Shown: one piece after another, positions 41,601 through 56,600 of the stretch
Numbering within the stretch: position 1 is the stretch's first letter
Layout of the letters: every line of letters starts with the position of its first letter
Assembly (NCBI RefSeq): GCF_964355755.1
Contig: NC_092676.1
Coordinates: forward strand, 29,282,871-29,346,870
Direction of reading: 5' to 3'
Length of the DNA: 64,000 bases
DNA from: Antedon mediterranea
Taxonomy: Eukaryota; Animalia; Echinodermata
Notes under the pieces: model-generated
Database searches by the model: none
What the model saw: the letters and a program-made list of their open reading frames with translations, nothing else
What the model was told of the DNA's origin: nothing
Position numbers and translations under genes: made by a program

Positions 41601-44600
41601 AATATATTAAAACAAGAAGAATCTTTTTCTTGGCTATGAATAAAAATGTCCTTAAAATGTTAATATTGTATAACATTATCACATTTCCATCTTTCAGGAA
41701 AAACGATTATTCTATTAAATGAATAAATTTAATTACAGAAATCCTCGTTCTAAACGTGTGGTCACACCAGGTGCAAAGTCTCCTAAATACAATTAAACTA
41801 AAATCTCAAATAACCGATCTCTTCCGCCACATTTCATCCAGAGTAATTTAAGAAAGCCAGATTCATTTTCCTGAATGAGCAAGTCACAGTGCCTCTATTC
41901 ACCTCAAAAAGTTGTTTATACAATTTTAAAACAAGACTAATTGAAAATCGTTTGGTTATTGTTCCCCAATTTCAACAAAACAATGAAGTGCTGAAAGTAT
42001 CTGTTTTATTTTCGTTTGAGAGCATAATGCTCCGATGCATAATGTTTACTAGTTTAAATGCCCCTATAGTCTTAGCATGAAGGTCTCTTTTTAAAAAACA
42101 AGTAATAATACTGCACAACAACCTGTTCACAACAATGCCTAGGGTTTTTAACTGTTTCTAACAGATTGTCATAGGATAGGATTAAGTAGATTAAGTGAGT
42201 TCCTTTTCATCATTTTGAATGAGAAACAATGTGTGCTTTATCCATGTTTGATTAAGCTGGTTTTGTGTTTATCCAGTGAAGATACTAGCTAACAGAAACT
42301 CTTGCATTGCATTCAACTTTCTTTACTCAAATCAAGAGAGCTTGTTAGTTAGGTAAACAGTAATTAAAAAACATTTTTACACTTTTCAAACATTACTCAG
42401 GTGTCTTCAAATAAACTTTGATTCTTTTCAATGACTACTTTTAAATTTTTGTTCAAATCAGTTTGTGACAAATGGTACAGTATACATATTGATTTATTTA
42501 TAGCTGGTAATAATCACACCTTTTTCTACTCAAATATTTTCAGCGGTCAGACTAAATTGTGTAATTTTCTAAGCATAGCATACTTTATTAAGGTTCAGTA
42601 ATATCCAATGGTCAAAGTGTTGAACTAGCATGTCTTGAGAGAGCAACAGAAACCCATTTGTTGTAATTTATCAAGTTGTTAGTGTCAGCTTAGAATTCTC
42701 TGCCTCATTCATCATCATATATTTATTTGTTTGAGTCTTGTTTACGAAAAATGAGTTCCAAACCTAAGCACGCAGTGGGAGCTTATAACAATCAAAGTCT
42801 GTTAAGGCACCTAGTTTTTTTAACAATTTTCGTTCTGCCGGAAGATTGTGGGTGCTAATCAGGGTCAAATGTTAACAATTACATTTTATTCTTATTATAA
42901 TTTATACATAATAATTATGAACTATAATAATATGAGTTCAAAAAAACTTTGGAATTAAAACCTTAATGTATTTGTAATGCTTAATTACAGTTCTCAATTT
43001 CAAGATCAGTTGTAGAAATTAAGAAATAGGATTCTTTCCCACAGATTAAACCTTGATGTCTCCAGATACATTACCAATTGTTAACCATTCAAATCATTCT
43101 GTACAAATAGAATCAAAGACAGTGTATTATTCCTGATATAACAATACATTTTTGTGTAATAACACCGACTAAAGAACGTTTAATTTTGTTTCTTTTGAAG
43201 TGGGAAGATAAGGTCACGAAAGATCTCTCAGGTCAATCTGAGTGACATAATCAATCAACTGGTGATAATTAAAATCCTTCAAAGTACAAATCTCTTTTTT
43301 AAAATATTTTATATGGTATGCATTTCTTTAGAACTTGTTCTGTATTTGAAGTCATTACTCACACTTAACAGACCATGGCTGATCCAGTCATTTTATGAGG
43401 TAAAAAAACTTAACCAAAGGTAGTGATGTGGAAAAAGTTATTTTTTAAAGAACAAAAATACTTACAGTTGTTTGTGTCTGGTCTAATAAACACCTATTAT
43501 GTCACTTGTTATTAGAGGCAATTAATTATCTGTCTGTTTTGTAAAATAATGGAATTTAACGCGTTTTGTAAAATAATGGAATTTAACGCGTTTTGTATTT
43601 TTAAATGAATACTGTGGGAATTTTATGCTCTATATCTACCTCTGTATGTAAGTAAAATTTGTTTGTGTGTTAAAGGTGTTATCCAATGTCCGGCGTTCAA
43701 ATCATACAAAAGTAAATATTTAACTTTGAAATAATTATAATACCTATAATTATTCTATTTTTCATTCAAACCTTTCACTTCATGAATTTTTCAATTTCAG
43801 TTATTACGAACTGAATCACTTTAAAAAATGAAAATAAAGATATTATCATCTAATTGTAATATAGTTAGAATGAAATCCTTGGAATTACATTTTTCATTTT
43901 TTTCAATCAAAAATCTGAAATAATGAATATTTTTCATAAGAAATCCTTGACTCTTGGTTGTACATACCTTGTATTCTTGGTTTTAATTAAGGCAAGTATC
44001 TGTACTACTCAAATATTTTGTGTGAATATACGTACATTTCCTTATCCTTCTATACATTTTTACACATGTCATATTTCAGTATTAAATATTTATGAAAAAC
44101 ATATTTCATGACTGCTATAAATCATATAACTATTTTGTTTTTAATAATTCAGTATTTAGCGCATTAAATGTTTTGAATAAAATTTATTTTAAAGAAAATT
44201 GAATTTATTAAAATTGATTAAATTTAAAGTAAAATTCACATGTACAGAAAAATAAATCAATTTTATATTTAAAAAAAACGTATTACTCTCAATTTAGGAA
44301 TATTTATGCAATGAATTAAAGTTAATAGTGAGCAAAATTCTGTCTGATATTTGTTTTATGCAAATGCAGATCATAGGGTACATACTTGAATAGAGTGATT
44401 TTTGTAGCTCCTTTGGGACTTGTGTCTGACCGGCATTTTACTGAGGCTTAGCCATTGCTTATGTTCTTTGAACCAAGACATGAGAGGTGATTTCAGCATT
44501 GTAATCCACATAAAAGCCAACTACTGTAACTTAGTTACTGAGCTTAGCAGTCTTCTTACTACCTTTGTTACGGATTTACAAGATAAATCTTGAATTTTAG

Positions 44601-47600
44601 TCTTCTTACTACCTTTGTTACGGATTTACAAGAAAAACTTTTTCCATTTATTAGAAATACATTTATTCAGAGTTTCTGAATCTAATATTAAATAAAGCCA
44701 CAAACACTGATTGAGATTGAATAAAAAATTGGTAACGTTTAACATTTTTTGCAAAAAAAAACAGACATAAATTAAAAAAGACATAATTTAATGAATAAAT
44801 GGATTAGAAAAGATCTATCTATTTTATCCATGGATTAAAACAGATTAAACTACCAGTAGATTTATCAAACATATTTATTCATATCTTATCCTGTTCGAAT
44901 CTCCCTTTTTATCCCCACATAATACAAGCACCTCCCCTTCCTCTACAAACACATTAACCCCCAGATTTCCTGTCTACTGTCGTTCCTTACTGGCGACAGT
45001 TAAATCCTTATACGGATTATTATGCATATGGTTTGCAGTGATTTTGGTTGAAAAAGAACGTAACGCCACCTGCTAATGTTAAAGTAAAACAGTTGTTGTC
45101 TTATGACGTAGGCCTCACAACAGAACATTGTACTAACTGTGATATCCATCTTATGCACTTATGATCGATATTTGCTCTATATTAGAAATAAAATTGACAT
45201 TTTTTTATGGAAAATAAATCTAGTTTTTGTGAACTGTATAGTATAGTATCGTTTTTCAAGATATTTAAATTATAAAAATTCGCGATTCTAGATCCTATTC
45301 TAGCATCTCTAGCGTGAATCAGCATTGTCATTGTCACTGTTTTTTTGCCAAATATCAAATGTCTCAGCCCTTAGGAGGAATTACTATGTAGGCCTGATAA
45401 GTGTCCCCCTACTAAGCCTACTTAAACCAAGTGCAACTCAAAAGTTTCAAAAGAAAATGTGTATTTCAAGAGACCCTTGTTTAGTAATTCTATAAATATC
45501 ATTAAAAATCAATGGTTATCGTGTAGAACTAATCGGTTTTGATAGTTCATTAATATCTTATTACTTTTTAAAGTGTTGTTTACTGTTTGGTTGGCTCTAC
45601 GCCGTCCAAGTGGTCCAGTATGACAAGACCTAGACTAAACTAGATGACTGTGGCTTGGTGTTAAGTTCTATTGGGTTAGTTCCGACCCATTGAAGCATGG
45701 ACCCTGGGGTTTATTTCATTTGCTTCAACGGACAAAAAGGCTGGAGGAAGTCAACGTTCCAGCTTATGTTTCAAATTCACAATGCTTCATTATAAACACA
45801 AAACAAAATCAATAGATTAGTAATTAACATGTCTATGAATTATTTGTCAGTTTGCACAAATGATTTTCTACATTCAAACAGGCACACTTTTAAATACTGT
45901 ATCTCTCAAATGTCTCAATAGTAGGCATATACCCTTGTATTGGCATCCATTAAACTATGTAACAATGGCGTAAAGAATTTAGAAAAAATCTTGTCGCATA
46001 TCTTTTTTGTTTGTGAGCTTATAATACACAGATCAGTTTCGTCACAGAAATAAGTGTTTCAGAAATAACTTCACTTGACATGAACTCCCCAGAGGAAAAC
46101 GTTTTAACAGATTTCATGTCGGGGATGTTTTCAAGATTTTATTACAGAAATGTTAGACAGTATAAAAATATGTTGACTTAACACATAAAATAATTGGACT
46201 TTAATTTTGCGTCACGCTATATTAAAAATCATTCTGTGATAAGCCTACATGTTGTTAGGTAACAAGTTTTCTTTTTGAGTGTGAATGTAATGTTATTACT
46301 AACTGCGTACAGATTTCTGTAGTCACCCGTGAAATAAGGGATGGTTATTGCCCCTTACAAGCCCCTAGGGGGAAAGAATAACATCTTCTTAACAATGGTA
46401 ACTAAGTAAGTACTCAAGTAGCTGGTATTAAATGTGTCTGCTCTTAATGATTACAATGTGCTGTGAGTGAGTGAGGTAGTTATTTAATACAGAAGAATTT
46501 ATTGTTTCATATTCTGAATTGTCTGTCTATGAACAGTGTGCTATAAATAACTAAGTATTTTTAAACAAATGGTGTAGGCAATTGTATCATTACGTGATAC
46601 TCTACTTTATGTATAGTTTTTTTAGATTTTTGTCAATATTAGATGGTTTAAACTGAATTTTATATGATGATGATGGTTTATGGGGAGGCCCCCACCTGAG
46701 GGCATATTTCATGGATTATACCATTTTTGCAAAAGGCTGTTCAATGAGAATTTCTACTTTTCGAGTTATATCTCGCTCTTCAAGGAGAAAGGGCTATTTT
46801 TGGTTTATCCAGGTAAGCTAGTACTCGTAGACTACCTATTTTGGACGTCAGTGACATGAACATCACATCATACCTTAGAAACCTGTTAATGTATTAGTGA
46901 ATACATTCAATTGATGCATAATTTAAAAGGGTAGCATACTTTAGGAGAGGGATTTCACAATGATACTCTATTGCTATTATTCTCTTTTACTTGCTTCCAG
47001 TCAATATTACTGTTTTGCCCACCAATCAATATTGCCCTGCATAAAGTCAAATGTATCATCAGGTGTAGCACAATGGGGCAAAGAAAAGGCAATATAGGGT
47101 AACTATAATTACCCCTGAACACAAAATATTCAACCCTCATAATATTGATCTGTTGTTCTACCAAAACAATAAAAGGCTAAATAAACGGTGGAAGGTATGT
47201 GGTGATGAAATGTTTGTATTGTCCCTCTTTTGATTATACTTTCATGCGTGTTAGACCGATAAAATGCTAATATCATTATCTTGACTGACAGGCCCATTAT
47301 AAACATTTCTGCAGCTCAACAATAACCCAAATGCGTCATTCATAACTATCACAAATCTATTTTTTTATCGTTTGTCTCTTTCAGTTTATATTTCATTAAC
47401 TACTCCACCCATTTTTTTTTTCATCAAAAAGCTTGGGTGATAAATTGTCTTTGTTTGTGATGAATGCACGCATGAACAATTCAACATCCCTGGAGTGAGT
47501 CATTTTTTACATATGTAAATTAATTTTATTGAAATCAATTTATGCATTTGATTGGCAAATGATGTGTTGTACAATTATAAACCTAGTGATATTAATTACC

Positions 47601-50600
47601 TTTACAATGATCATGCACATAAAATGATTTTATGATTACACCCATTTTGTGCCTAGGTACCTGGATAAACCAACATTAGCCTTTCTCCTCAAAGTAAGAG
47701 AGCAATATATGAAGATAACACCCAAATGATATTAATTGCTTTTACAATGATCATGCACATAAAAGGATTTTATGATTACACCCATTTTGTGCCGTGCTTA
47801 GGTACCGGGATAAACCAACTATAGCTATTCTCCTCGAAGTAAGAGAGCAATATGTATAATAACACCCAGATATATATTAATTGGCATTAAACTATTTGTT
47901 TGAGATCGCCAACAATTTATCAACATACTTCAACATAACATACAAGCACCAGTGATCAATACAGATGAATGGACAGTTATGAATTCCTATCTGTTGACTA
48001 TCATTGTTTGAACTCAATAACTGGATGGTAATTATAACACTGCTAGTGACAATTTATCATTTTAAAATTGTTCATTGCTGAGTACCCATGATTGACAGAG
48101 TGTTAAAAATACCACGATTGATTTTTAATTTATGAACTGTGCAAAGCTAGTTCGATTGTAACAGTTCGATTGATTGTGATAATAAAGTAACAAATTATTA
48201 AATTTATTGGTAACTCTTTGTAAGATGGTTTTGTTACAGTATTAAGTAACTTTGCGTTTAGCGTGTTATTGGTGAAATTAATTTGGTTTTGTTGTTGACG
48301 TTTAATCAATTTGTTGGAAGAAGTCAAATGGCTGTAGATTATTGTATTTCTATGATATTGGGTTGCAGTGCGTTAGTGTTTACCCATGCTTCCTGCTATT
48401 GTATTACATCATGAGGTTGTGGATGATGAATGTTTGAGATGTGTTAAAAAAAACAAAAAGTAATTATAATGTGTTTTACTAATTTTTTATAAGTAAATTT
48501 GATTACTGTAATATTAGTTGATTATAATTTCATAAATATTTGTTAATATTCAGGAATATAATAATTGCAATTTTAAATTACAAATTTATTTAGATAATAA
48601 ATAAAACATGACGATGTGAGCTAATCAAGAAATAGTTTTAAATATAAATTAAGCGTTTAATAAACAGAATTTACCCATTGAATACTAATGCAGTAGGTTC
48701 ATAACTTTGTTAATTGAAACTCAAATGATCATAATAAAACCTGGTTTTTGGCTTATCATCACGTTCGTGGCATCCATCACCAATCTCCTTAAGAGTTAGC
48801 TAAGAATAATCAATCGTAAAGCCCCGCGGCTAGACCATCGACCGTTAAACGCATGAATTGAACGATGTTATTGAAAAGGCAAAACTACTGTAGAGAGAGA
48901 AGACATTCCCAGAAATATAACAACCATTTAATATATAGTTTATACAGTTTCACTTGTATTTCAATTGCCATTTAGCCATAAATCTATGTTTTTCTATTTT
49001 TAAATTGTTCATTTATTGTTGATTAAAAAGCAAGGCCAATAAAATAATGTTGATCGCGTTTTATGCATTAAAGAACAAATAATGATAATTAAATAATAAA
49101 TATTGTGGTATATTAAATGTATACATTACATGTTAGTCTGTGCATGTCATTTAAATTTAAATTAGTATGACTAAATATAACACATTTATTATTCAATTTT
49201 ATCATAAAATATAAATTATTTTATTGAATTCGGATTGAAATTGCATTGTTTATTATTATTAAGCAAAAATAAATTATTTTCAACTAAAGTTTGGTGGGAA
49301 AAAACTAAACTATAATATTAGTCTATTGTAATTATACAGATAAAATCAAAATTATTTTACTATGGATTCTTTCTAATTATTCAATGAAATGAAAATTGCT
49401 GATTTTGCCTGTCATAAGTTATGACAAGTATATCACGAGAATATTTGTTCATTTGAAAGTAGAATCAACATATAAAAGATACACTATCATTACAATCACG
49501 TTTTATTCATCCGTGTTTGCCAACACCGCTCCACAGTCATCAAGTACCTGTTGTTTAGTTCCAGCACGATTTATTTATCTAGAATTGACGTTACAAATAA
49601 ACAAAGGCAGGGCACAAGAGGAGTTGTCTGTCAAGGCGACATCAGTTGGCTCCCGGTGGGATTTGTTTATATACCTTACAACAATACAATACCCGTCTTC
49701 AGTTTCAAATATCCTCGCGTAATACACCGATTTAATACTAAACTTGTTAGGGTTTCATTACCGATCAATTAGAAGTAATCGTCAAATAACTACCGCCAAT
49801 GAACTACCTGTAAACATGCGCGTTATTATAAAAGAGATGTAATTACAACCGATACCAACGTGAAGGTTTTACTATAACATTTGTGTCTACAAAATCCTTG
49901 TACTTTAATCTACTTGAAATGCTATATTGGAATAGTTCAATTAATTTGATAAACTTAAAAAGTAAAAGTGTTGAAACTTAACTTAATCTTTGGATTAAGC
50001 ACTCACAAGTTCAATTGGGTCGTTTATCAACGATTTAATGATGGAACAACGATGTTTCAATCGCTGATATGATTAAACGCTTTTACGCTGGAATGTAGCA
50101 AAAAATCTAAGGATTTAGTTATAGCTTGAGGAAAATATGACAATTCAACTTGTCATCGAAAGATTGCTGAATATTTGGTGGCTTTTTATCGAATTTACAG
50201 TGATTTAGTTTAACTAGCGACATTTACAGCTGTTGGTATAGTTTTCCTGTGTGAAAATAATAAATGAAAAATAACTCAACACTTTTTAATGATATCTCAG
50301 TCATGTACTTTGATATCTCAGTCAGTCATGTACTTTTTATATTTCAACATAACCGGCTGCTTGAATTTTTTTTTTAAAGCAACTATTTTTTTAAATTCAA
50401 CAAATGATCAGAGTTTAATTTATTTTAAAATGAAGAATATCGTTTGCATGTTTTGAACAACACAAGTTGTCTGAGAACAGTCTGTAATATCTGTCAATTG
50501 TCATATTAAAGCGATTTTAATTTCATTTTAATCATTAATAATATCAGTCAAGGTCATGTCGTTTAAAAACGAGGAAATGAAATACAGATACGGCATGACT

Positions 50601-53600
50601 GTGGTCGAACAATTAGAATTGGGGCGTAAGCGTATTTCCTTGCGTGTTAGTGGAATCTTGAACCGCACCGTGTTCTGCATCAACAATTTAATAACATAAA
50701 ATACTGCACACAAACAGTATCTTGTGGTTGTTTAAAAACTATAAACGTGTTAGCGTGTAGTAGAATCTTGAAAATACTGTAAAAAAATAGAATCTTTTCT
50801 AAAATATAAACGTTTTAAATTGTACTGCATAACAAAACTAGCTGTACTCATCTTCTTTGGAAGCAACCCAGTCCACAATCAAGGTTACCCTCCATGTAGA
50901 TGATAATAGCCTAAAGGTAGATATCTATCGCAAGCCCAAACACAATAAAATGGCCGCCGCAGTGTGTGATAATACTGTAAGCGTTATAATTAGGGTCGCT
51001 CACAGCATGTCAGTTTAGATATCAAGGTAAAGGTAATAATTTTACCAATAAAAACCAATAATAAAACCAATAATTTTAAAAACTTTCAACAATATTTATA
51101 AAAGTACAGTAGAATCACAACATTGCTTTTGTGATGTGCCCATATATGGACATGATGATGTCATATCACTACCATATTTGGGCATATCACTACCATATTT
51201 AACCATATCACTACCATATTTAACCATATTACTGCCATATTTGGGCATATCACTACCATATTTGGGCGTATCACTACCATCTTTGGGCACATCACACTTT
51301 TTTTGTCAAACTAGTTTGATAGTGTAGACAGAGCTTTAAGTTGGCGCTATTTATATTACCACTATTACAACATAAACTTGATTTTATTGCTAAATATTGA
51401 ATCATTGCGATTGCACAAAACACAATGACAATAGTAGATTGTTATTCTTATTTTAAGGACATTTTTTTGGCAATAATTTTTTTATATAAAAATCTAATAA
51501 TATTGATTCTTTAAAAAGCAGTCACGATAGAAAAACAAAAACATTGTGTAAAATGATATTTTGAATTATTGACATTTTATTCAAAGTTCTATAAATAAAT
51601 TTGCATTATTTTTCTGAATGTTTACAGTAAAAATATTTAGAAATAAAGTTAAATTGGATCGATATTTTTGTCTCAAATGTTTAATAATAGATCTGTTTTG
51701 AAAAGCTAATTAACAATATTTTAATGGATTTCATTGCAATTTCAAAACTTTGCATTTTATTAAATCTATTAAGTAAAGGTGTATTTGAAAACCAGGTGTT
51801 TTATAAATTACTTTCCATGGTTGATTTAACCGATTTTACCTCTTTATTTTATATTATTATAAATGTTGGTCCTTTTTAAGAATCACTTTTGGACTATTCT
51901 TTTACAATTTAAATTTAAGATAAATTGTCAGTTATACTAGTTTTAAACATGTCTTTAAAACTATTATATATTCATGAGAATTCTGTTAATTTTTCTGGTG
52001 TCTGTACTTAAGAGAACCTACCTGGTGTGCTCCATATCTTAACACATTACCTGTTTAAGAATACAATCATAATTGAATTAAACATAACAAATTATCAGAT
52101 TTAAGATAATTTAATAGTATGTGTTCCATTCTATTGATTGCTAAAACTAGGGCATGTCACAACGGAAAACATTTGTCAAATGTAGAAATGTAATATCTAC
52201 AAAATACCTTAAAGTGATGATTATTATTTGCATTGTACAGTATTTTCCGCATAAATATTATTTTATTCTTGATGCTTTTGTATATAACCTTCCTGTCGTA
52301 AAATACTGCATTAAACAAAGTACTTAAGTTCAAAGCCTGTCGGACTAGTGGAATCGTTGTAGGACTAGCGGAATCATTGTAGGACTAGCATAACCGTTGT
52401 AGGACTAGGGGTATTGTTGTAGGACTAGCGGAATCATTGTAGGACTAGGGGTATCGTTGTAGGACTAGCGGAATCATTGTAGGACTAGCATAACCGTTGT
52501 AGGACTAGGGGTATCGTTGTAGGACTAGCGGAATCATTGTAGGACTAGCATAACCGTTGTAGGACTAGGGGTATCGTTGTAGGACTAGCGGAATCATTGT
52601 AGGACTAGCATAACCGTTGTAGGACTAGGGGTATCGTTGTAGGACTAGCGGAATCATTGTAGGACTAGCATAACCGTTGTAGGACTAGGGGTATCGTTGT
52701 AGGACTAGCGGAATCATTGTAGGACTAGCATAACCGTTGTAGGACTAGCGGAATCGTTGTAGGACTAGCATAACCGTTGTAGGACTAGGGGTATCGTTGT
52801 AGGACTAGCGGAATCATTGTAGGACTAGCATAACCGTTGTAGGACTAGGGGTATCGTTGTAGGACTAGCGGAATCGTTGTAGGACTAGCGGAATCGTTGT
52901 AGGACTAGGGGTATCGTTGTAGGACTAGCGGAATCATTGTAGGACTAGCATAACCGTTGTAGGACTAGGGGTATCGTTGTAGGACTAGCGGAATCATTGT
53001 AGGACTAGCATAACCATTGTAGGACTAGGGGTATCGTTGTAGGACTAGCGGAATCATTGTAGGACTAGCATAACCGTTGTAGGACTAGGGGTATCGTTGT
53101 AGGACTAGCGGAATCATTGTAGGACTAGCATAACCGTTGTAGGACTAGGGGTATCGTTGTAGGACTAGCGGAATCATTGTAGGACTAGCATAACCGTTGT
53201 AGGACTAGGGGTATCGTTGTAGGACTAGCGGAATCGTTGTAGGACTAGCATAACCGTTGTAGGACTAGGGGTATCGTTGTAGGACTAGCGGAATCATTGT
53301 AGGACTAGCATAACCGTTGTAGGACTAGGGGTATCGTTGTAGGACTAGCGGAATCGTTGTAGGACTAGCGGAATCGTTGTAGGACTAGGGGTATCGTTTT
53401 AAGACTGGCGTAATTGTTGTAGGACTAGCGGAATCGTTGTAAAGTGACTATTAATAAATGGTAATGTTGATGGTTCAGCTATATTTCAAATAAATCCTAA
53501 AAATAATATTTTCTGTTCCGACTACAATTATTCAAGGAGCATATTTTCGTCCTTTTTTGTGTGTAAATAAGGTGTGAATGATTTTTTTTGTTCAGCGAGA

Positions 53601-56600
53601 AAAAAAGAATCTCGTTGAGTGATTAACATTAGAATGTGTCAGTTGGAGACAATTAGATTTTTGTTGCCTGTACTCTCATTGATTATTCATGTTGGTGCGC
53701 TCGCAGGTGACGATTTGTTTGTACGTGTAGCTGAACTAATCAAAATCAGTTTATTGTATCAAGGGATTGAATACTGTAATTTCCTTGTGTTCAATTTCAA
53801 TACATAGGTTGCTGCTGCTGGTAATGTCCTCAGCATTCTGAAGTTATTAACAGTTTAATTTCTTCGTACAACCATCACATACAGTAGATACTTTTAGGTT
53901 AAGGTTCAGGGGAAAATTTCATTTTAAAATTTTGTTTAGCAATATTGCTAATCAAACTGATTTTTTAGTCGAGAAACATAGTTTTGTATTGTATTTTTTG
54001 CTACACAAATTTAAAAATCTGTAGCAAAATGGTTGTTTTGTATAGCTTTTTGCTATGCTACACTGGCGAAATTATTCCCTGAGGTTCCGATGGCAATACA
54101 AATAATTTATATATAACTTTTGTAATTATTTATAAATAGATATTACATCATCATTATTGTATTCCATGTTTTCCTGCGAAGGATGAAATCAAGTTTGTCT
54201 GTATATTAGGGTTTGTATGATCATACTGGGTCATATACAATGATTATACTTACTACATCATAAAACCATGTCAAGGTTTTATACGTTTAATATCATTTTA
54301 ACTGTTTCATTTTGCTGGTATCATTTAATTATTGTCTATAATTGTACATTGTTAGATGTAATAACAAAGCTATCAATTTGTCATCAATAGCCTCAGATGC
54401 CTTTTATTCCTTATGCACGTATACGCAACCTAACCTAGAAACATATCTGTAATTATTTTGTTCGTTAATTTTAATAATTTGCTGGTATACCAATTATTAA
54501 TGTTATGAATTATTTAATATTTTGATTAAATTACAAAATAAATTTATTTAATTAATTTTTTTTATTTGTCTCCTTTTGATAGAACTAGTAAGGTGGTATA
54601 TTAGTAAAAGTGCAGAGTGTATAAATGGTCCCTTAATGAGGGCTGTCTCTTAATAAAAAATGTTAACATTCATTTTATATTCAAATGAGGCTTAACTGGA
54701 ATTACTACAATCATAAAATCCAATTATCATTATCTCAAATATTAGTACATTAAATTAACTTAATTTTATTATCAATATCTGAAATGAGTACATACTTATT
54801 TTTATTATCAATATCTAAAATGAGTACAAATCAAAGATACAATGATATGATTGATGAAATGTTAGATGAATAATGATAAATAATGGAATTCAATCCTAAA
54901 GGAAGTAGAGAGACTCTGTGTGAACGTGAATTAACGTTAGAATTATTCATAGGATATGGGTACGATGAAATGTAGGTTGAGATATTAATGATTCTATCCA
55001 TGAATATTGAAGATATTGCAGACAAATTTATATTTAGAATTGAAATTATATGAAGGATAGGGAACAGATATGTGGCTAACCATTAAATTAATTTATTTTA
55101 TCGTGCATAACATCCAAGGTAGTTCACCGCTGGGTAAAAACTCAACTCGCAATAAACTCATCTCATTATTAAATACTGGGGAATGATCTGTAAATTATTA
55201 TTCATGGAAAAAAAATATTCCTTCTTGAAATAAATTAAACTGCAGCAACTTGTAGTTAGCTTTAAATAGTTATACAGGTACTGTATAATGTGTACAAGTA
55301 AAATATCCACTCTATCTATCTTAAATATTATAAATTACCAATGTATTTTTTTCTTGGTGTAAAGCTGTTTCAATATCCTATTGACTGGGAATAACTCCCA
55401 GTAGGATTAATAGCATTCATTAATCTCTTTTAATCTCATCAACTGACATCTCCAAGGATTAAGAACGTTCATAAAAGGAATCAAACCTTTATCCTTATGC
55501 ATAAAATAGTGTCTTTATAGGTGTAGTGTCTCAACAGTGATATAAACCTTCAACACTACTCACAGAACATGAAGAAAAGACAAGAATGTCTTTCACCACT
55601 TTATATAATAATAGAAAGAATTTTATCAGTTGGGGAGATTTTTATCTTAGAGACTTTTAATCAACTTCTTTATTGTTCAACCGTAGATTCAAAAGAAATT
55701 GATTTCCCCAACAGCCATGCATTATATATTTCCTTTTTTCAGGTAATGAGTTTTTATTTAAGATCAATATTTAGCTGTTTCCTTTTACGTTTGTTGTTGT
55801 AATCTTTATCTAACTATTGTGAGGACGTTAACAAACTGGTAATAGTTATTTTTCTGCTTTCTTTTATTCCATTGTTGCTACTTGGGTCAGATTCCGTGCA
55901 TTGGTTATTGATTTCGATATGAAGATATTTTGTTATTGTGATTGCCAAAAATCTCCTATTATACTTTATTAGTAACAAGTTTTGACATTTGGCATTTATG
56001 AGGGTGGTTGGGTAGGTTGTTCCGCCTATGGCAGATAAAGTTATCCCTTACAAATTTCTGTAAATTTTTTTTTAATGGACAGATACTATGACTTTATAAA
56101 AGGTCGTACCATCAACCATTAGAACTGTACTTCGGTAGTACAGCTGTTGTTAGAGCTATCCTCTTGAAACATAAAGTTGAATAAGTAAATAAAAGATGTA
56201 AAAACTAATAGTAATTTCTCCTAATTGCTAAAAGTAAAAGCAAATATATTAAAGAGATTTACTGCAAAGTGATTCTGTTTTGTCACAATAGCAAAAGGTC
56301 CTATATTAGTTTTAGTTTGCTTGCTCTGTAGGATGAGATCGCAAGACCTTTGTAAGTTTTGTTGGAACCACTTAGGATTAGGAGATAATGCTAATAAATG
56401 AAAGTAAGTAGATCTCTACGAGTTTACACAGGTTGATCAAAGAATATTGTATCTTTACTTTGGAGTCTGTTGGCTAAGTACTTATTAGTCTAAGTACTTG
56501 GTTTAAAACCTTACTATAATTCATATAGATATATATGATTGTTTGAACATCATAGTTTTATCTGAGTGGATGAAACCATGGAGCAAATTATTTCTTCATG

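Noticed and set aside
51096-51327. ORFs with MPKYGSD / ISLPYLG repeats
   Set aside because: These are translations of the 21-bp internal unit of MITE family A.
52339-53441. CRISPR-like alternation of constant and variable segments
   Set aside because: The constant part is only 10-12 bp, the variable parts are three recurring related variants rather than unique spacers, there are no cas genes, and the context is a eukaryotic intron.
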